From positions 52,886,001 through 52,950,000 of the forward strand of contig OZ024750.1 in the NCBI GenBank assembly GCA_964016885.1: a stretch of 64,000 bases of DNA. The letters run 5' to 3'. Below are positions 12,345-24,744 of the stretch, one piece after another. The notes beneath the pieces were generated by a model, which worked only from the letters and a program-made list of their open reading frames with translations, had not been told where the DNA came from and did no database searches. This stretch comes from Eledone cirrhosa. Its lineage: Eukaryota. The position numbers and the translations under genes were made by a program. Within the stretch, counting starts at the first letter, position 1. The number at the start of each line of letters is the position of its first letter.

Positions 12345-12742
12345 TACACTCTGTAAAATGGTAGTGCCATGATAAAATGCATCCAGTACACTCTGTAAAG
12401 TGGTAGTGCTGGTGCCATGATAAAATTCACCTAGTACACTCTGTAAAGTGGTAGTGCTGGTGCCATGATAAAATGCACCTAGTACACTCTGTAAAGTGGT
12501 AGTGCTGGTGCCATGATAAAATGCATCCAGTACACTCTGTAAAGTGGTAGTGCTGGTGCCATGATAAAATGCACCTAGTACACTCTGTAAAGTTGTTGGC
12601 ATTAAGAAGGGCATCCACCAGTCAAAAAACCATGCCAAAACATGTGACATAAGAGCAAGGCATAGTTAATCAACCATATCTTATCTCAGACCATGACACC
12701 CCATCCAACCCACACCATCATGGAAAAATTTGATGATGATGC
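12345..12742 (+). repeat. 48-bp minisatellite (~5.5 copies) followed by an RTE/SINE-type 3' tail ending (GAT)n
   Basis: Unit TACACTCTGTAAAGTGGTAGTGCTGGTGCCATGATAAAATGCATCCAG, then GTTGGCATTAAGAAGGGCATCC, as in the RTE 3' UTR at 23690. Confidence 0.85.
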
Positions 12743-12760
12743 TTATTATTATTATTATTA

Positions 12761-14001
12761 CAGTTGCATTTATCTTGCTTTATGTTCATACAAGCTATCA
12801 ACAAGTCACAACCAGTGACCTCAAGAGACAAGGTCCGCCATGTTCAAGAAAGAACATACATACACACACATGCATCTTTAGGTGTTTAGACTTGTGAAGT
12901 ACTTATATTGACAGAATCTTCCTTAGTATATGGGCAGTTCCCATTAGTACTATCTTTTGTATTTCTCCTGGGATTTGCGATAAGTAATCATTAGACCCCT
13001 TAGGTATCATTCCTAGAGCGCCTACAACCACTGGTATTGTTTTAGTTCTCAACTTCCACATTTTTCCAATTTCTATCTCCAGGTCTTTATACTTGCTTAA
13101 TTTTGCAAATGTTTTTATAGACACATTCTTGTCTATTGGAACGGACATATCAATTAGCAGGCATACCCTCTTTTTAAAGTCCTTCAGTATTATATCAGGT
13201 CTATTTGCATCTATTTTTTGGTCTGTTTGGATGCTAAAGTTCCACAAGATTGAGATGTAATCTTTTTCAAGTACAGGAGGTGGTTGATGCTCCCACCAAT
13301 TCTTTTTATAAGGCAGGTCAAAATGCTTACACATTATCCAATGTATGTATTGTGCAGCTCTGTCGTGCCTGTTTAGGTATTCAGCTGGAGCTATAGGACT
13401 GCACATTGAAATTATATGATCAATGGTCTCTGGTTGTTTTTTACATACACGGCATAATGGGTTGCATCCATTTTTTATTATGTTGGCAGACACTGATCTT
13501 GTGCTGATATAATCAGTCCTTCAGTCTCCAATTTCAGTCCAGAGGATTCCAACCACTGATGGGTTAAAGTTTTGTCAACATCAGGATTTATACTTTTTCT
13601 GGGTAATTTCCATACAGAAGCTTTTCTTGTCATTTCTTAGCCAGTTTCTGTAGCAGTTCTTTCTTTGCAGTTACTTTTACCTGCTTTGCTTTTTCTGTGT
13701 TTTTCATTTCAGCAGTAAATAGAACTTCTGAAATTTGTAGTTCATTACTGTATCTTTGTGCATCTTTTGTAATGGAGAATGATCTTTTGATGCTTTCATG
13801 TTTCAAAACGAGTTTGATCATCCAATCATGTGCCTCCCTTAGATATGTAGATAATCCAATTGTTGCAGTTTTCAAAGCAATATCTAACTGGATTAATCCA
13901 CATCCTCCTTCTTTCCTAGGGAGATATATTCTATCTGTATCTGCCTTAGGGTGATGCATTCTGTGCATGGTTAAGAATTTTCTAATTTTTGTATCGAGCC
14001 T
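12761..14001 (-). mobile_element. 5'-truncated Dong/R4 element (RT C-terminus, CCHC finger, RLE) inside (TAA)n
   Basis: MHHPKADTDRIYLPRKEGGCGL, CRVC...ETIDHIISMC, RHD, ANRPDIILKD, KLSKYKDL and PVVVGALG. (TAT)n runs lie on both flanks. Confidence 0.92.
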
Positions 14002-14015
14002 ATTATTATTATTAT

Positions 14016-16254
14016 TGTTGTGCTGAATCTCTTGAGACATGTGTACCTACAACGGAGTAAGTCAGTTAATTTTATGTGTTTATTGAAACTTTTATATAGA
14101 ATATTTTACATTTTATATAGAATATTTTACATAAAGAACCCCTCTTTCAAAGGAGGTGGTTTTTTAACTGTATCTCGCGCCCTTAAGGGCTGAATTCATG
14201 TTTATTTACAATCACACCCCTCAAATTTTTGTTTGGAAAAAACATGGCAGACGAAAAAGATTGTTTACAGGGAGGAACAGCAGGTTGTTTGGGGGGTGGA
14301 AAGCTGATTCCTTCCAATCGCAAGACAGAGGCAACAACAGAAATAGCAGAAGTCACAGTGGCAGTGATAACAACAAGAGCAGCAGCAGCAGCAGCAGCAG
14401 TAGCGGTGACAACAACAACAGCAGCAGCAGTAGTGGCGGTGGCAGTGACAACAGCAGCAACAGCCACTTGAACAGCAGCAGCAGCACCAACAACAACGGC
14501 TTTAAAATTATCAGCAGCAGCACAGTGCCAAATTATTATGAAAAAAATTTCCCATTGCTAGAAAAATCAACGAACACCAGCGCCACCGCCATCTTAATAA
14601 CAATAACAACAGCAGCAACAACCACAAAGAACCCAAAGAACAACAACTGTAACAGCAACGACACAGAAGAAAAAACTACAAGACCACCACTACCAACAAC
14701 AACAACAACAAAAGCAAGAGTAACGATGAACCAACACAGCAAACAGAAGCCACATCATTTGTAAAAGCTGCAAAAAATGTCGAAAGTATACACATCAGTG
14801 ACACGGGAGAAGGTGTTGGTAAAAAAGACTGGACACAGGGTAAGTGTCACCCGCCCAGCTAATATAACGAAAAACAAGCTTTTGCGTTCAGTCAGTTATC
14901 ACACAATTGGACTAAAATTGCGCCGAGTCGAACGAGCAACGGAGTCGCAGGTCCAAAGGGCTATGGGTGCCGTCTGGGCACAGAAAACATGCATAGCCTG
15001 AGGACCGAAGTATGGCACTGTGGATGTGCTCTTCACTACACCCGAAGAAGCCAGAGCACACTCCATTGCGCCACTCCACAGTGACGAAATCATAATGATT
15101 CCCACATACTGTGACCAGAGAGTCGTGAGGGTCTGAGTGACCCAGGTTCCGTCCTCAGGTGGAGATCGCGTGGCTGATGGCGGCCGTCATCGCTGACGTC
15201 GAGGAGTCAACAACTATCCCCGACATCATGAGGATAAAACAGGAAAACTGGACAGGTTCGGGGATGGAGCTAATCATCCAAGCAGACCACAAGAGCATCG
15301 AGGCCATCCCCGATGTGATACACCTGGACAACTGTTGAAGGTAGGCACCCAAGGTGTGATGGGTGCGGTGACAAGACGCACTTTAAGGCCTTCTGCCCCA
15401 AACTGACCACTCCAGGTACGTTCCCCCCCCCCCCCCCTTCTCCCTACGCCGTGCCCCGTGACTGGACTGGACAAACCAACCAAGACCACAGTGGCAGAAG
15501 AAAAATTACCAGCACCAACAACAAAAACACCATCTCCTCCACCACCAACAGAACCAATGGAAAGCATGCCCCTTTCCCGATATTGCTAAATTGGACAAGG
15601 AGAGCGATGACGCCGAAGGATGGAAAACATCCTAGCAAAAAAAAAGGAAGAACTCCCTACCTTCGCCCTCCAAAAAAAAAAGAGGAAGAAAGAAACAAAA
15701 AACAGAAAATGAAAATGACCTGACCTCCACCACCATCAACAGCCACACCCGCACAACCACCTACCCCATCATCACCTCCAACAACACCACAGCAAATACA
15801 GAAAGCACCAACATCCCAACAGCAGACACAATACACAGCCATAGACACAGACAACACATTCAACACTACACCAACATCACAGAAACAAACCACCAAAATT
15901 GCACCCCCCCCCCCCCCCCCCCCCCCCACCTCCCACACACATAAAAATTATCAAATCACCCCAAAAAATCACATAACATTAAAAAAAATGTTCCCTACAT
16001 CAATTGGAGACTACTGAGGGAACATCACTAAAAGAATATTCACAGACATTCTCGTGGAGAAACCCGCCACAGGTCGGAGGGATGGATCACCCACCCCCTT
16101 CCTAAAAAAGTGTCACAGGTAAAGTTGTTTTTTACTTTTCCCCTCTTGTTTTCCTCCTATCCTAGCCAACATGGCTTCTCTCAGGATAGGCAGCATTAAT
16201 GCACGTGGCCTGGGGGTCATCTTGGAAGCAGGATCACCTGCTCAATGATCTCAG
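14016..16254 (+). mobile_element. Tx1/L1-type LINE copy A: 5' UTR, decayed ORF1 and first ~28 codons of ORF2
   Basis: LRRVERATESQVQRAMGAVWAQKT is homologous to the copy B ORF1. ORF2 start MASLRIGSINARGL at 16171. Confidence 0.8.
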
Positions 16255-18268
16255 CAACATCTCCCACCACCATTGTAAGCCTTGTTACAGTTGCTAGACT
16301 AAAAATTTTTTCGCTAACAGCAGCAGCAACAGTGGCAGTTACTTAGGTTTGTCACGTGCAGACGTAGATTTCCCGCCCTTACCAATGTCTACAGATGTTA
16401 AAGCCACCATCTCTACCACCACAATGTCGAAGAGTACATCCAACACCACTGATACCACCACCACCACCGCAACAACAACTGAAACAACAAAAAGAAATTA
16501 TCTCGTGATATTGAAATGGATTTTCCTAAAATGAATTCTTCCAAGTCAAACGCCACTGACACCACTATCACTACAACAACAACTGAAACAAAAAATAATA
16601 ATAACAAAAATAAAAATAACAGCAGCAATAACAGCAACAATAACAACAACAGCAACACCAACGCAAAACCAAATGTCTTTTGCTAAAGCGGCAAACAAAA
16701 ACGAAACGATTGAGGTAAGCCAGGAAGAACTGAATGAAGCCAAGCGAATGGTAAAAAAAATGGTTACAGGGTCAGCCTCACCCCCCTCAAGTACCATGCA
16801 ACATCGGCGCCTATGTACTGTATCTTTTCGCACAATAAATATAAAAATACGCCAAGTGGAACGGGCATCTGAGTCCCAGATCCAAAAAGCTTTGGGACAT
16901 GTGTGGGCTCAAAAAACACACATCAGACGTGGACAAAGATATGGAACCGTGGACGTGTTCATTAGAACCTCACAGGAAGCCAGAGAGCACTCCATGGCCA
17001 AATTAAAAAGTGATGAGTTCACACTTGTCCCTAGCTATTGTGGTAAAAAACTAGTAAGAACCAGGATGACCCAGGTTCCGCCGGCCATTGAAATTCCTTG
17101 GCTGATGGCTGCCATTCTTGCCGACACTAAAGTAATTGAGGTGATAAGAGTAAAACAGGAGAACTGGGCCAGATCTCGAATGGAGCTCTTGATCCAAGTG
17201 GCCCCAAAAAACTTCTAGAGGTGATAGACCTCAATGACAGCAGCCTCCTCACCATAATCGTTGAAGGTAGAAGACCTAGGTGTGTCGTTTGTGGTGAAGG
17301 AACCCACCTAAAGGCCTTCTGCTTTCAGGGGGTGGCTAAAAAGTTGAGGCCACCTCCCCTGCCCACCCCAGCGACTCAACCATCAAAACCAGCAGCAGAA
17401 ATGGCAGCAACAGTAGCAAGACCAACACCACCACCGCCCACCACACCAGTGCCTCCACCATCCACCATGCCACAACCAACACAAACACCCCGACCTCTCA
17501 CAACTGGAGACGGATTGTGATGAGGAGGGGGAGGAGGTGGGAAACTGTGTCTAGAAAAAAAAGAAACCAGAAAAGAAAAAATCCTCTTCCTTTGCCCTCC
17601 AAAAACAAAATACAAGGCGAAACAAACAAACTAACAAAAAAGTTAAGACAGCTACGCCACCACCCACACCAGCAGCACCAGCCCCATCACCATAAACACC
17701 AACACCATCACCATCATTAACCCCAACACCACCATCACCAACACCACAAAAATCACCAACAAGCGAAAAAGAAACAAACCCACAACAAACGCAAACAAAA
17801 CAAAGCAACCAAACTGATACACACTACACAGCATTTGAACAACAACCAATTATTACACTACATCCAACACAACACCAGCATCACAGAAAAAAATTATACA
17901 ACACACCAAAAATACACACCATACACACACATACAAATCACTCGCATCACACAGAAAACGTACACAACACTAAAATTAAAATTACCCAAGGACATCAGAG
18001 ACTTCCGGCAAACACTTTCCAGGAGGATTTATAAAGACATCCTTCCGGAGGGGGCCACAAACAGTCAGAAGGACAGAAAAAACCATCCTTCCTCCATAAG
18101 AACTGAGGTAAGTGGTCTTTCCCATCTTTTTCCACTCCTTTTCAACATGACCTTACTCAGAATAGGCAGCATAAATGCGCGTGGTCTGGGGTCGTCATGG
18201 AAGCAGGGTCACCTGTTCAATGACCTCAGGTCAATGAACATAGATGTGGTGGCCATCAGCGAACCAGC
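16255..18268 (+). mobile_element. Tx1/L1-type LINE copy B: ORF1 with CCHC knuckle and start of ORF2
   Basis: ORF 16673-17218, knuckle CVVCGEGTHLKAFC at ~17281, and ORF2 start MTLLRIGSINARGL at 18147. Confidence 0.85.
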
Positions 18269-21200
18269 CAAAGGGATGGTTTAACCGTCTCTTTCCCACA
18301 CGATTAAGGTAGGTGATCCTTTCTCACTTACTCCATTCCTCACTCAACATGGCCTTACATAGAATAGGCAGTATAAATGTATGTGGTCTGGGGTCATATT
18401 GGAAGCAGGGCCACCTGCTTAACGAACTCAGGTCACTAAACATAGATGTGGTGGCCATCAGTGAGACCAGAATTTCTGAAGCACGAGACTTTGCACCAAT
18501 CTTCAGCGGCTACGATGTATACGCATCTCCCAGCCGTCCAGGAACAGTGGTGGAGTTGCTGTGCTTTTTCGGAGAGGCTTGGATCTCACCATATGGACCA
18601 TCTTCCTGGACTCGGAAGGTAAGTCGGTGGTGCTGGATGTGACCGGCAGCAAAGGCAATGCTTTCAGGGACAGGATGGCCAGATTTCTTCAAATGTCTGG
18701 AGACCTTTCTGGGAACGTCCCGTTCTTTAGTGTTAGTGGGCGACTGGAACGGTATCTTAGATGCACGCTGGGATTATTTGGGGCTAGTAGACAGGGTAGG
18801 AGGGTGTAAAAGCCTCAACAACCTGCTCAGACGTTTTGAACTGTCTGACAGGTATAGACTGGATTATCCGAATGTGCCAATGTAGATATGGGCAAACTGC
18901 ATCGTATCATCCAGATCGTATTTAGATAGGGTATTCTGTAGGGAAACAGGTAAGGCTAGTGTAGGTTGTCCACAATTTAAAGTAGTCGAGTAGATGGACC
19001 ACAAATTTGTGATCTGTGAAGTTGACTTAGATAGACTCCATAGGCAAGGGCCCGGCTACTGGAAGCTGAACGTGTCCTTCCTGGCACATAAAGCAGAGAC
19101 CAGATCAGCGAATTAGTTAAGTGTGCGTTGATGGGTGCGATCGTCAACAACAGGTGGTGGTTTACCCTGAAAAGGGCTATTAGAGTAGAATCGATAAGGT
19201 TTAGCAAAGGAGTAGTGATAGAGGAAAATAGAGTAGAGGGAGAGTTAGTTAGAAAGCTAGAAGAGGCGTTTAGGACAGGCATCGCAACCGACGTGCTTGC
19301 GGTGAGATTAGCACTCGACCAATTCTTCAACGCAAAGAACAAAGGCTGCGTTGTCAGAACTAGAGCGCGTGCTCTGAGACACGAGGGGACAAAAGCCATC
19401 CAATGGGCCCGGGTGGTGGAGGCGCGACGTAGCAACAAAGTCACAATTCAGTTTTTGCTTGACCAAAACGGGCGCATGTTACTTGAACCCGAGCAGATGT
19501 GTGAGGCTTTTCAGCAGCACTTTACTCCATTGTTTGGGAGTGGCGGCGGGCCGGATCGGAGTATGGACTTTGGTGCATACCTCGACGGACTGCCGCGGCT
19601 CTTGACGACGCAGCGCAGTGCTGTGAAAAGCCGATAACAGCAGGTGAAATATGGGAAGCAATGTCTGACTGCACGAAGGGTAAATCGTCAGGTTTGGATG
19701 GTCTGCCCGACGAGCTTTATGCGTATATGCCAGACTTGTTCGGCAACCTCTTGGCAGACGTCTACTGCAACTGGCAGCAGAACGGGAGCATTCCCAGTTT
19801 TGTGAGCCGGGGAGTGGTGGCACTGTTGACAAAAGACCTGAACAAGGGGGACGTTATAGACATCTTCAGGCCCATAACTCTGCTAAATGCAGATTTCAAG
19901 ATTTTGGCCAAGGTGTTAGCAACAAGATTGGCGCTTGTCGTCAGTGATCTGGTGGGAGAGGCACAGACATGTGCTATTCCAGACAGATCCATCCACAACA
20001 ACCTCCACCTCATGCGATACATCATAGAGAGGGTGGTTAAGGAACCTGGCACAGGTGGGGCCCTGATCAACTTGGATCAATCTAAGGCATTTGATAGGGT
20101 CGACCATTGGTACCTGGCGGTGGTGTTGAGGTGGCCGGTTTTGGGGCCCATTTTCAGGTGTTGGATCTCTGCGATGCACAGCAACATCTGCTCAGTTGTC
20201 AAGGTGAATGTTCACCTGTAACAGCCGTTCAGCATCATGCGCTCGGTCCGCCAGGGTTGTCCCCTCTCATCGCTCTTGTACGTATTGGCCCTTGAGACAT
20301 TACTGCACAAATTGGAGGTGATGAGAGGCGTCCCACGTGAACTGGGATGTGGGAAATCTGTATCGGCTTACCGACGACGTCACCATGGTGATGTCAAGCA
20401 CCGGACATGTCCAGATGCTCGGCACCACTCTTAAGGAATACGAAGCAGTGACAGGAGCAAAGTTAAACCAGGAAAATTCGGTGGGCTTGCAGCTCAGCAC
20501 CTGGAGAGGCAAGTCCATGCCATCCGACAGCGTCGTGTGGTGTTGGATGGACGGACCAGATAAATTGCTTGGGGTTTGGTTCGGTTCGGACGTCCAGATG
20601 CAGAAAAACTGGAGTGAGATGATGAGCAGGCTGGCCTCTCTCACCCAGAAATGGTCCGAGAGGAAGCTGTCCCCGAAAGGTCAGGTGGAGGTGGCTAATG
20701 CGTTCATCACATCCATCATCTGCTACCACCTAACCATTGTGTCTTGCCCTGGCCCAACTCTGACAAAAATGGAGTGCCTTCCCCTCTGCTTTTTATAGAA
20801 GGGACGTGCTCCCACGGTCAGATGATCCATCTGCTGTCAGCACCCATTGCGTGGAGGACTGGGCATGCAGTGGCTGATGATGCACAAACACGCACCGAGG
20901 TTGTGACATCTCTGGTGCTTCCTTGACGGTAAACAGGTATGGTCGCCGTTTGCCAGATGTGTTTTTTCCCAACTCGTCTCATTAACGGAGCTGCAGTCCT
21001 GGATCAGGAAAACCGAAGGATAGCGCTAGAAAGGTGGAATGTCTCCAAGAGCTTACAGCCTTCTACCAGCTGGGCACTAGTATTGGTGGAAGATCCACCT
21101 CGGCGATCTATAGAAGGCTAGTGGAGGGGAAGAGCGACAACGTTCTTGGGGATACCCTGGGCATCAAAGACAATCAACTGTTCACTCTCTTGAAGAGAAC

Positions 21201-21993
21201 TTTCAGCCCGGAGCCTACGGACAATTTCCGGAAATCCTTGGCCTGGCAGTGCTACTGGGGAGCGTTGCCGGTTTGATATAAGTTCTCCAGGCATGGAAGT
21301 GCCATCAGCCAAACCTGCCCAAGATGCACGCAGGGCGACGAAACCGTGGTGCACTCGTTCAGTGCCTGAGGATTGCTGACTTGTGGGACTATGTCGAACA
21401 GTTGCTGTCGCGTGTAGGACGGATCCGGTTATCGACTGAGTCCATTTTGCAGATAGCCCCCCGTCCTCCTTTAAAGAGGAGGAAGGGCAGGCAGTTTTCA
21501 TCTGTCTGGTGGCCATGGCGAAAGAGATTGTGTGGTGGACAAGATTGAAAGGGTTGAAGACGGACACTTTCCTCTTCGGCCAATCCCTGATTAACTTTTT
21601 CAAATTTCACTTGAAGAGGAAAATCAGGGTGGAGTGCGGTCTTCTAGTAAGTTTGTTGAATGGTGGGTGAAAGTGGCAAGTCTGGTCCGAGTGAACGGGC
21701 CCGCTCTGAGTATGTGCCTGTAGACTGAGGAGTGGGTGAACTGAGAGAGGGTGCTTGCCCTGGTGGTCAGGGTGACCGTGGTATTTTGTGTGGTTTTTGC
21801 CACGAGTGACTCTTGGAGGTTACCCCCCTATTGGGGCTTTTTGTTGTTTGAATTTTTTTCACACATTTCTACCTTATAACCTTTTTACACGGCCAAAACC
21901 CACTTTGTATCCTCCTGTTCTGTGCCATCCATAATGTTTTTCTTCATGTCAGCCATGGTGGCCAATAAAGAAACCATTATTTTTATTATTATT
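18269..21993 (+). mobile_element. Tx1/L1-type LINE copy C: full-length but disrupted ORF2 (APE-RT-Cys) and 3' UTR
   Basis: GSINVCGL, LVGDWN, GYWKLN, KSSGLDGLP, FRPITLLNADFKI, LDQSKAFDRV, RQGCPLS and a frameshifted YADD at ~20370. AATAAA at 21964 is followed by (ATT)n. Confidence 0.92.
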
Positions 21994-21996
21994 AAA

Positions 21997-22198
21997 GGGC
22001 GGTGGATTGGCAGTATCAGTAGAGGGTCGGCTGCCATGCTTTCCAGCATAGTTACATCTCTTTACGATCTGAGTTCAAATCCCGCCGAGGTTGACTTTGC
22101 CTTTCATCCTTACGGGGTCGATAAAAGTACCAGTAATGCACTGAGTAATTGCTGGCCTTGTGCCAAAAAGTAGAAACAATTATTTTTATTATTATTAT
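21997..22198 (+). mobile_element. tRNA-derived SINE
   Basis: A-box-like TGGCAGTATCAG, B-box GAGTTCAAATCC and an (ATT)n tail. Five more copies occur in the window. Confidence 0.9.
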
Positions 22199-22516
22199 AA
22201 CTCTATGGAGAAAACCCTGTTAATATCTTTTCCAGAAAAATCAATAGCAAGGAAAGGTTTACCATGTGAATGTAGTCTTAAGTCTTATGAATAAAATATA
22301 TTAACATGGAGAAAAATTGCCTGTAGCAACAGGATTGTTACATTTGTTTTTGTTGTTTTTTCGTGCTCATATAGATTAGTGAGTGGAAGATAATCACTTC
22401 TGCTAGTGTTGCATGATGGTAATGCCTTTGGATTCCTACAATTTGAGATTAATACATTTCTAGAGAATTAACATAGAGAAAAAGCAATTTTATCAATAAA
22501 TTTTAAATGTAATTTT

Positions 22517-23857
22517 ACCCTCTCCTGTTCATCATAGTCCTGCAGGCAATAACGGAGGAGTTTAAGACCGGATGCCCATGGGAACTCCTGTATGCTGATG
22601 ACCTCGCACTCATAGCTGAATCTATGGTAGAACTAGAGAATAAATTCCAAACCTGGAAGCAGGGACTAGAGAGAAAGGGCCTCAAAGTCAACATGACAAA
22701 GACTAAGGTCCTTATAAGTAGACGAGAAAACAGAACCCAGATCCCCTCAGGGAAATGGCCTTGCTCAGTATGTAGGAAAGGTGTAGGTAGGAACTCCATT
22801 CTTTGCCCCAAATGCAAACAATGGGTACACAAGAGATGTAGCGGGATCTCAGGAAGCTTAATTAAGAATGTAGGATTCACATGCAGCAGCTGTGCTGAAA
22901 CAGCAAGCAAACAGCCACAGGAAACAAGTACCACCAATCTCTGGGAGGGCCCTGTAGAAACAGTAGACAGCTTCTGCTACCTAGGTGACCGAATTAGCAA
23001 CGGAGGTGGGTGCTCAGAAAGTACAATAACTAGGGTAAGAACGGGATGGAAGAAGTTTAGGGAACTACTACCACTGCTAGCTGCAAAAGGCTTCTCCCTC
23101 AGAATGAAAGGCAGACTGTATGATGCGTGTATCCGAACAGCGATGTTGCATGGTAGTGAGACCTGGGCGCTGAAGGTGGAAGACTTACGTAGATTAGAGA
23201 GAAACGAAGCCTGCATGCTCCGATGGATGTGTAACAGTAATATACGTGAACGACAAAGCATAAATGAATTGAGAGAGAGACTGAGCATAAGAGGAATCAA
23301 ATGCTGCGTGCAGGAGAGGCGGTTACGCTGGTATGGACATGTGATGCGTATGAAGGATGACAGCTGCATAAAAAGGTGCAGAGCACTAGAAGTTGATGGA
23401 AACCGCGGAGTGGGGAGACCCAAGATGACTTGGGATGAGGTGATAAAAGCCGACCTTACCCAACTACACCTCTCAAAGTCAATGACACACGACCGTGACT
23501 TCTGGCGTCACGCAGTAATACAGGGTACCCGACCTCCCATGGGTACATGCTGAAGCATATAAACAATATGCCCCCCCCCCCCACCGCAAGGTGGTCGTGG
23601 AGGTGCCACGGCAAAAAAGCACCCAGCCCACACTGTAAAGTGGACGTGTAGGCGCCACGAAAAAGCACCCAGCACTCACTGTAAATGAGGTTGGTGTTAG
23701 GAAGGGCATCCAGCTGTAGAAATCAAGCCAGATCAGTTCCTGTATGAGCAAGGCATGGTCAGCCGACCAGACACTGCCCACAACAGGACAACCCGTCTAA
23801 CCCATGCTAGCGTGGAAGAACGGACGTAAAACGGTGATGATGATGATGATGATGATG
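22517..23857 (+). mobile_element. 5'-truncated RTE LINE (RT C-terminal half with PHD-like finger), 3' UTR and (GAT)n tail
   Basis: ELLYADDL at ~22582 leads into an uninterrupted 309-aa ORF (22624-23553) with FCYLGD, LHGSETW, RLRWYGHV and GRPKMTW. Confidence 0.95.
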
Positions 23858-23931
23858 AATAAAATGTAATAAAATAGAACCGAGTTGTTGAAATGGAATA
23901 TATTTCTTGAGGAATGAAGGTTTTCTATTTA

Positions 23932-24362
23932 TCAGATATCACACTAATATATGATATTACTGATATCACACTGACCACTGTAACTGTTGTATGTTCTATC
24001 TCAGATATCACCCTGACCACTGTAACTGTTGTATGTCCTATCTCAGATATCACACTGACCACTGTAACTGTTGTATGTTATATCTCAGATATCACACTGA
24101 CCGCTGCAACTGTTGTGTGTTATATCTCTGATATCACACTGACCACTGCAACTGTTGTGTGTTATATCTCAGATATCACACTGACCACTGTAACTGTTGT
24201 ATGTTCTGTCTCAGATATCCCACTGACCACTAAAACTGTTGTATGTTATATCTCAGATATCACACTGACCGCTGAAACTGTTGTGTGTTATATCTCTGAT
24301 ATCACACTGACCACTGCAGCTGTTGTGTGTTATATCTCAGATATCACACTGACCACTGTAAC
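23932..24362. repeat. 42-bp minisatellite, ~10 copies
   Basis: Unit TCAGATATCACACTGACCACTGTAACTGTTGTATGTTATATC. Confidence 0.95.
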
Positions 24363-24439
24363 TTTTGTACATGTCCAACGTGCAAGTGTGGAAAAGCATA
24401 CGTAAAAGTGTTGATGATGATTTGTAAATACCCTAGTCT

Positions 24440-24730
24440 TGTAATGAAATAGTGCTGGTGCATAGAAAAAGCACCCAGTCCACCCTGTAATGTGGTAGTG
24501 CTGGTGACACAAATATCCCACCCAGTCCACCCTGTAATGAAATAGTGCTGGTGCCAGTAGAAAAAGCACTAGTCCTCCCTGTAAGGTGGTAGTGTTGGTC
24601 CCACTAGAAAAACCACCCAGTGCACCCTGTAAGGTGGTAGTGTGTTTAGTCAGTCACAATAAAATGCTCCAATGTAAAGTGGTTGATGTTGGGAAGGGCA
24701 ACCTGACATAGAAACCAAGCCAAAACAAAG
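24440..24730 (+). repeat. Degenerate ~47-bp repeats derived from the RTE/SINE 3' region, plus a partial tail
   Basis: CCCAGTCCACCCTGTAA...AGTGCTGGTG units, then GTTGGGAAGGGCA...GAAACCAAGCC. Confidence 0.75.
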
Positions 24731-24744
24731 TGTGAACTGAATGT

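Noticed and set aside
21997-22095. tRNA gene
   Set aside because: A and B boxes are present but there is no cloverleaf, and the sequence is multicopy with tails and TSDs, so it is a SINE.
22515-23423. Antisense ORFs over RTE coding regions (also 8344-8805, 40295-41146 and 46587-47249)
   Set aside because: Shadow frames of transposon ORFs with no independent motifs.
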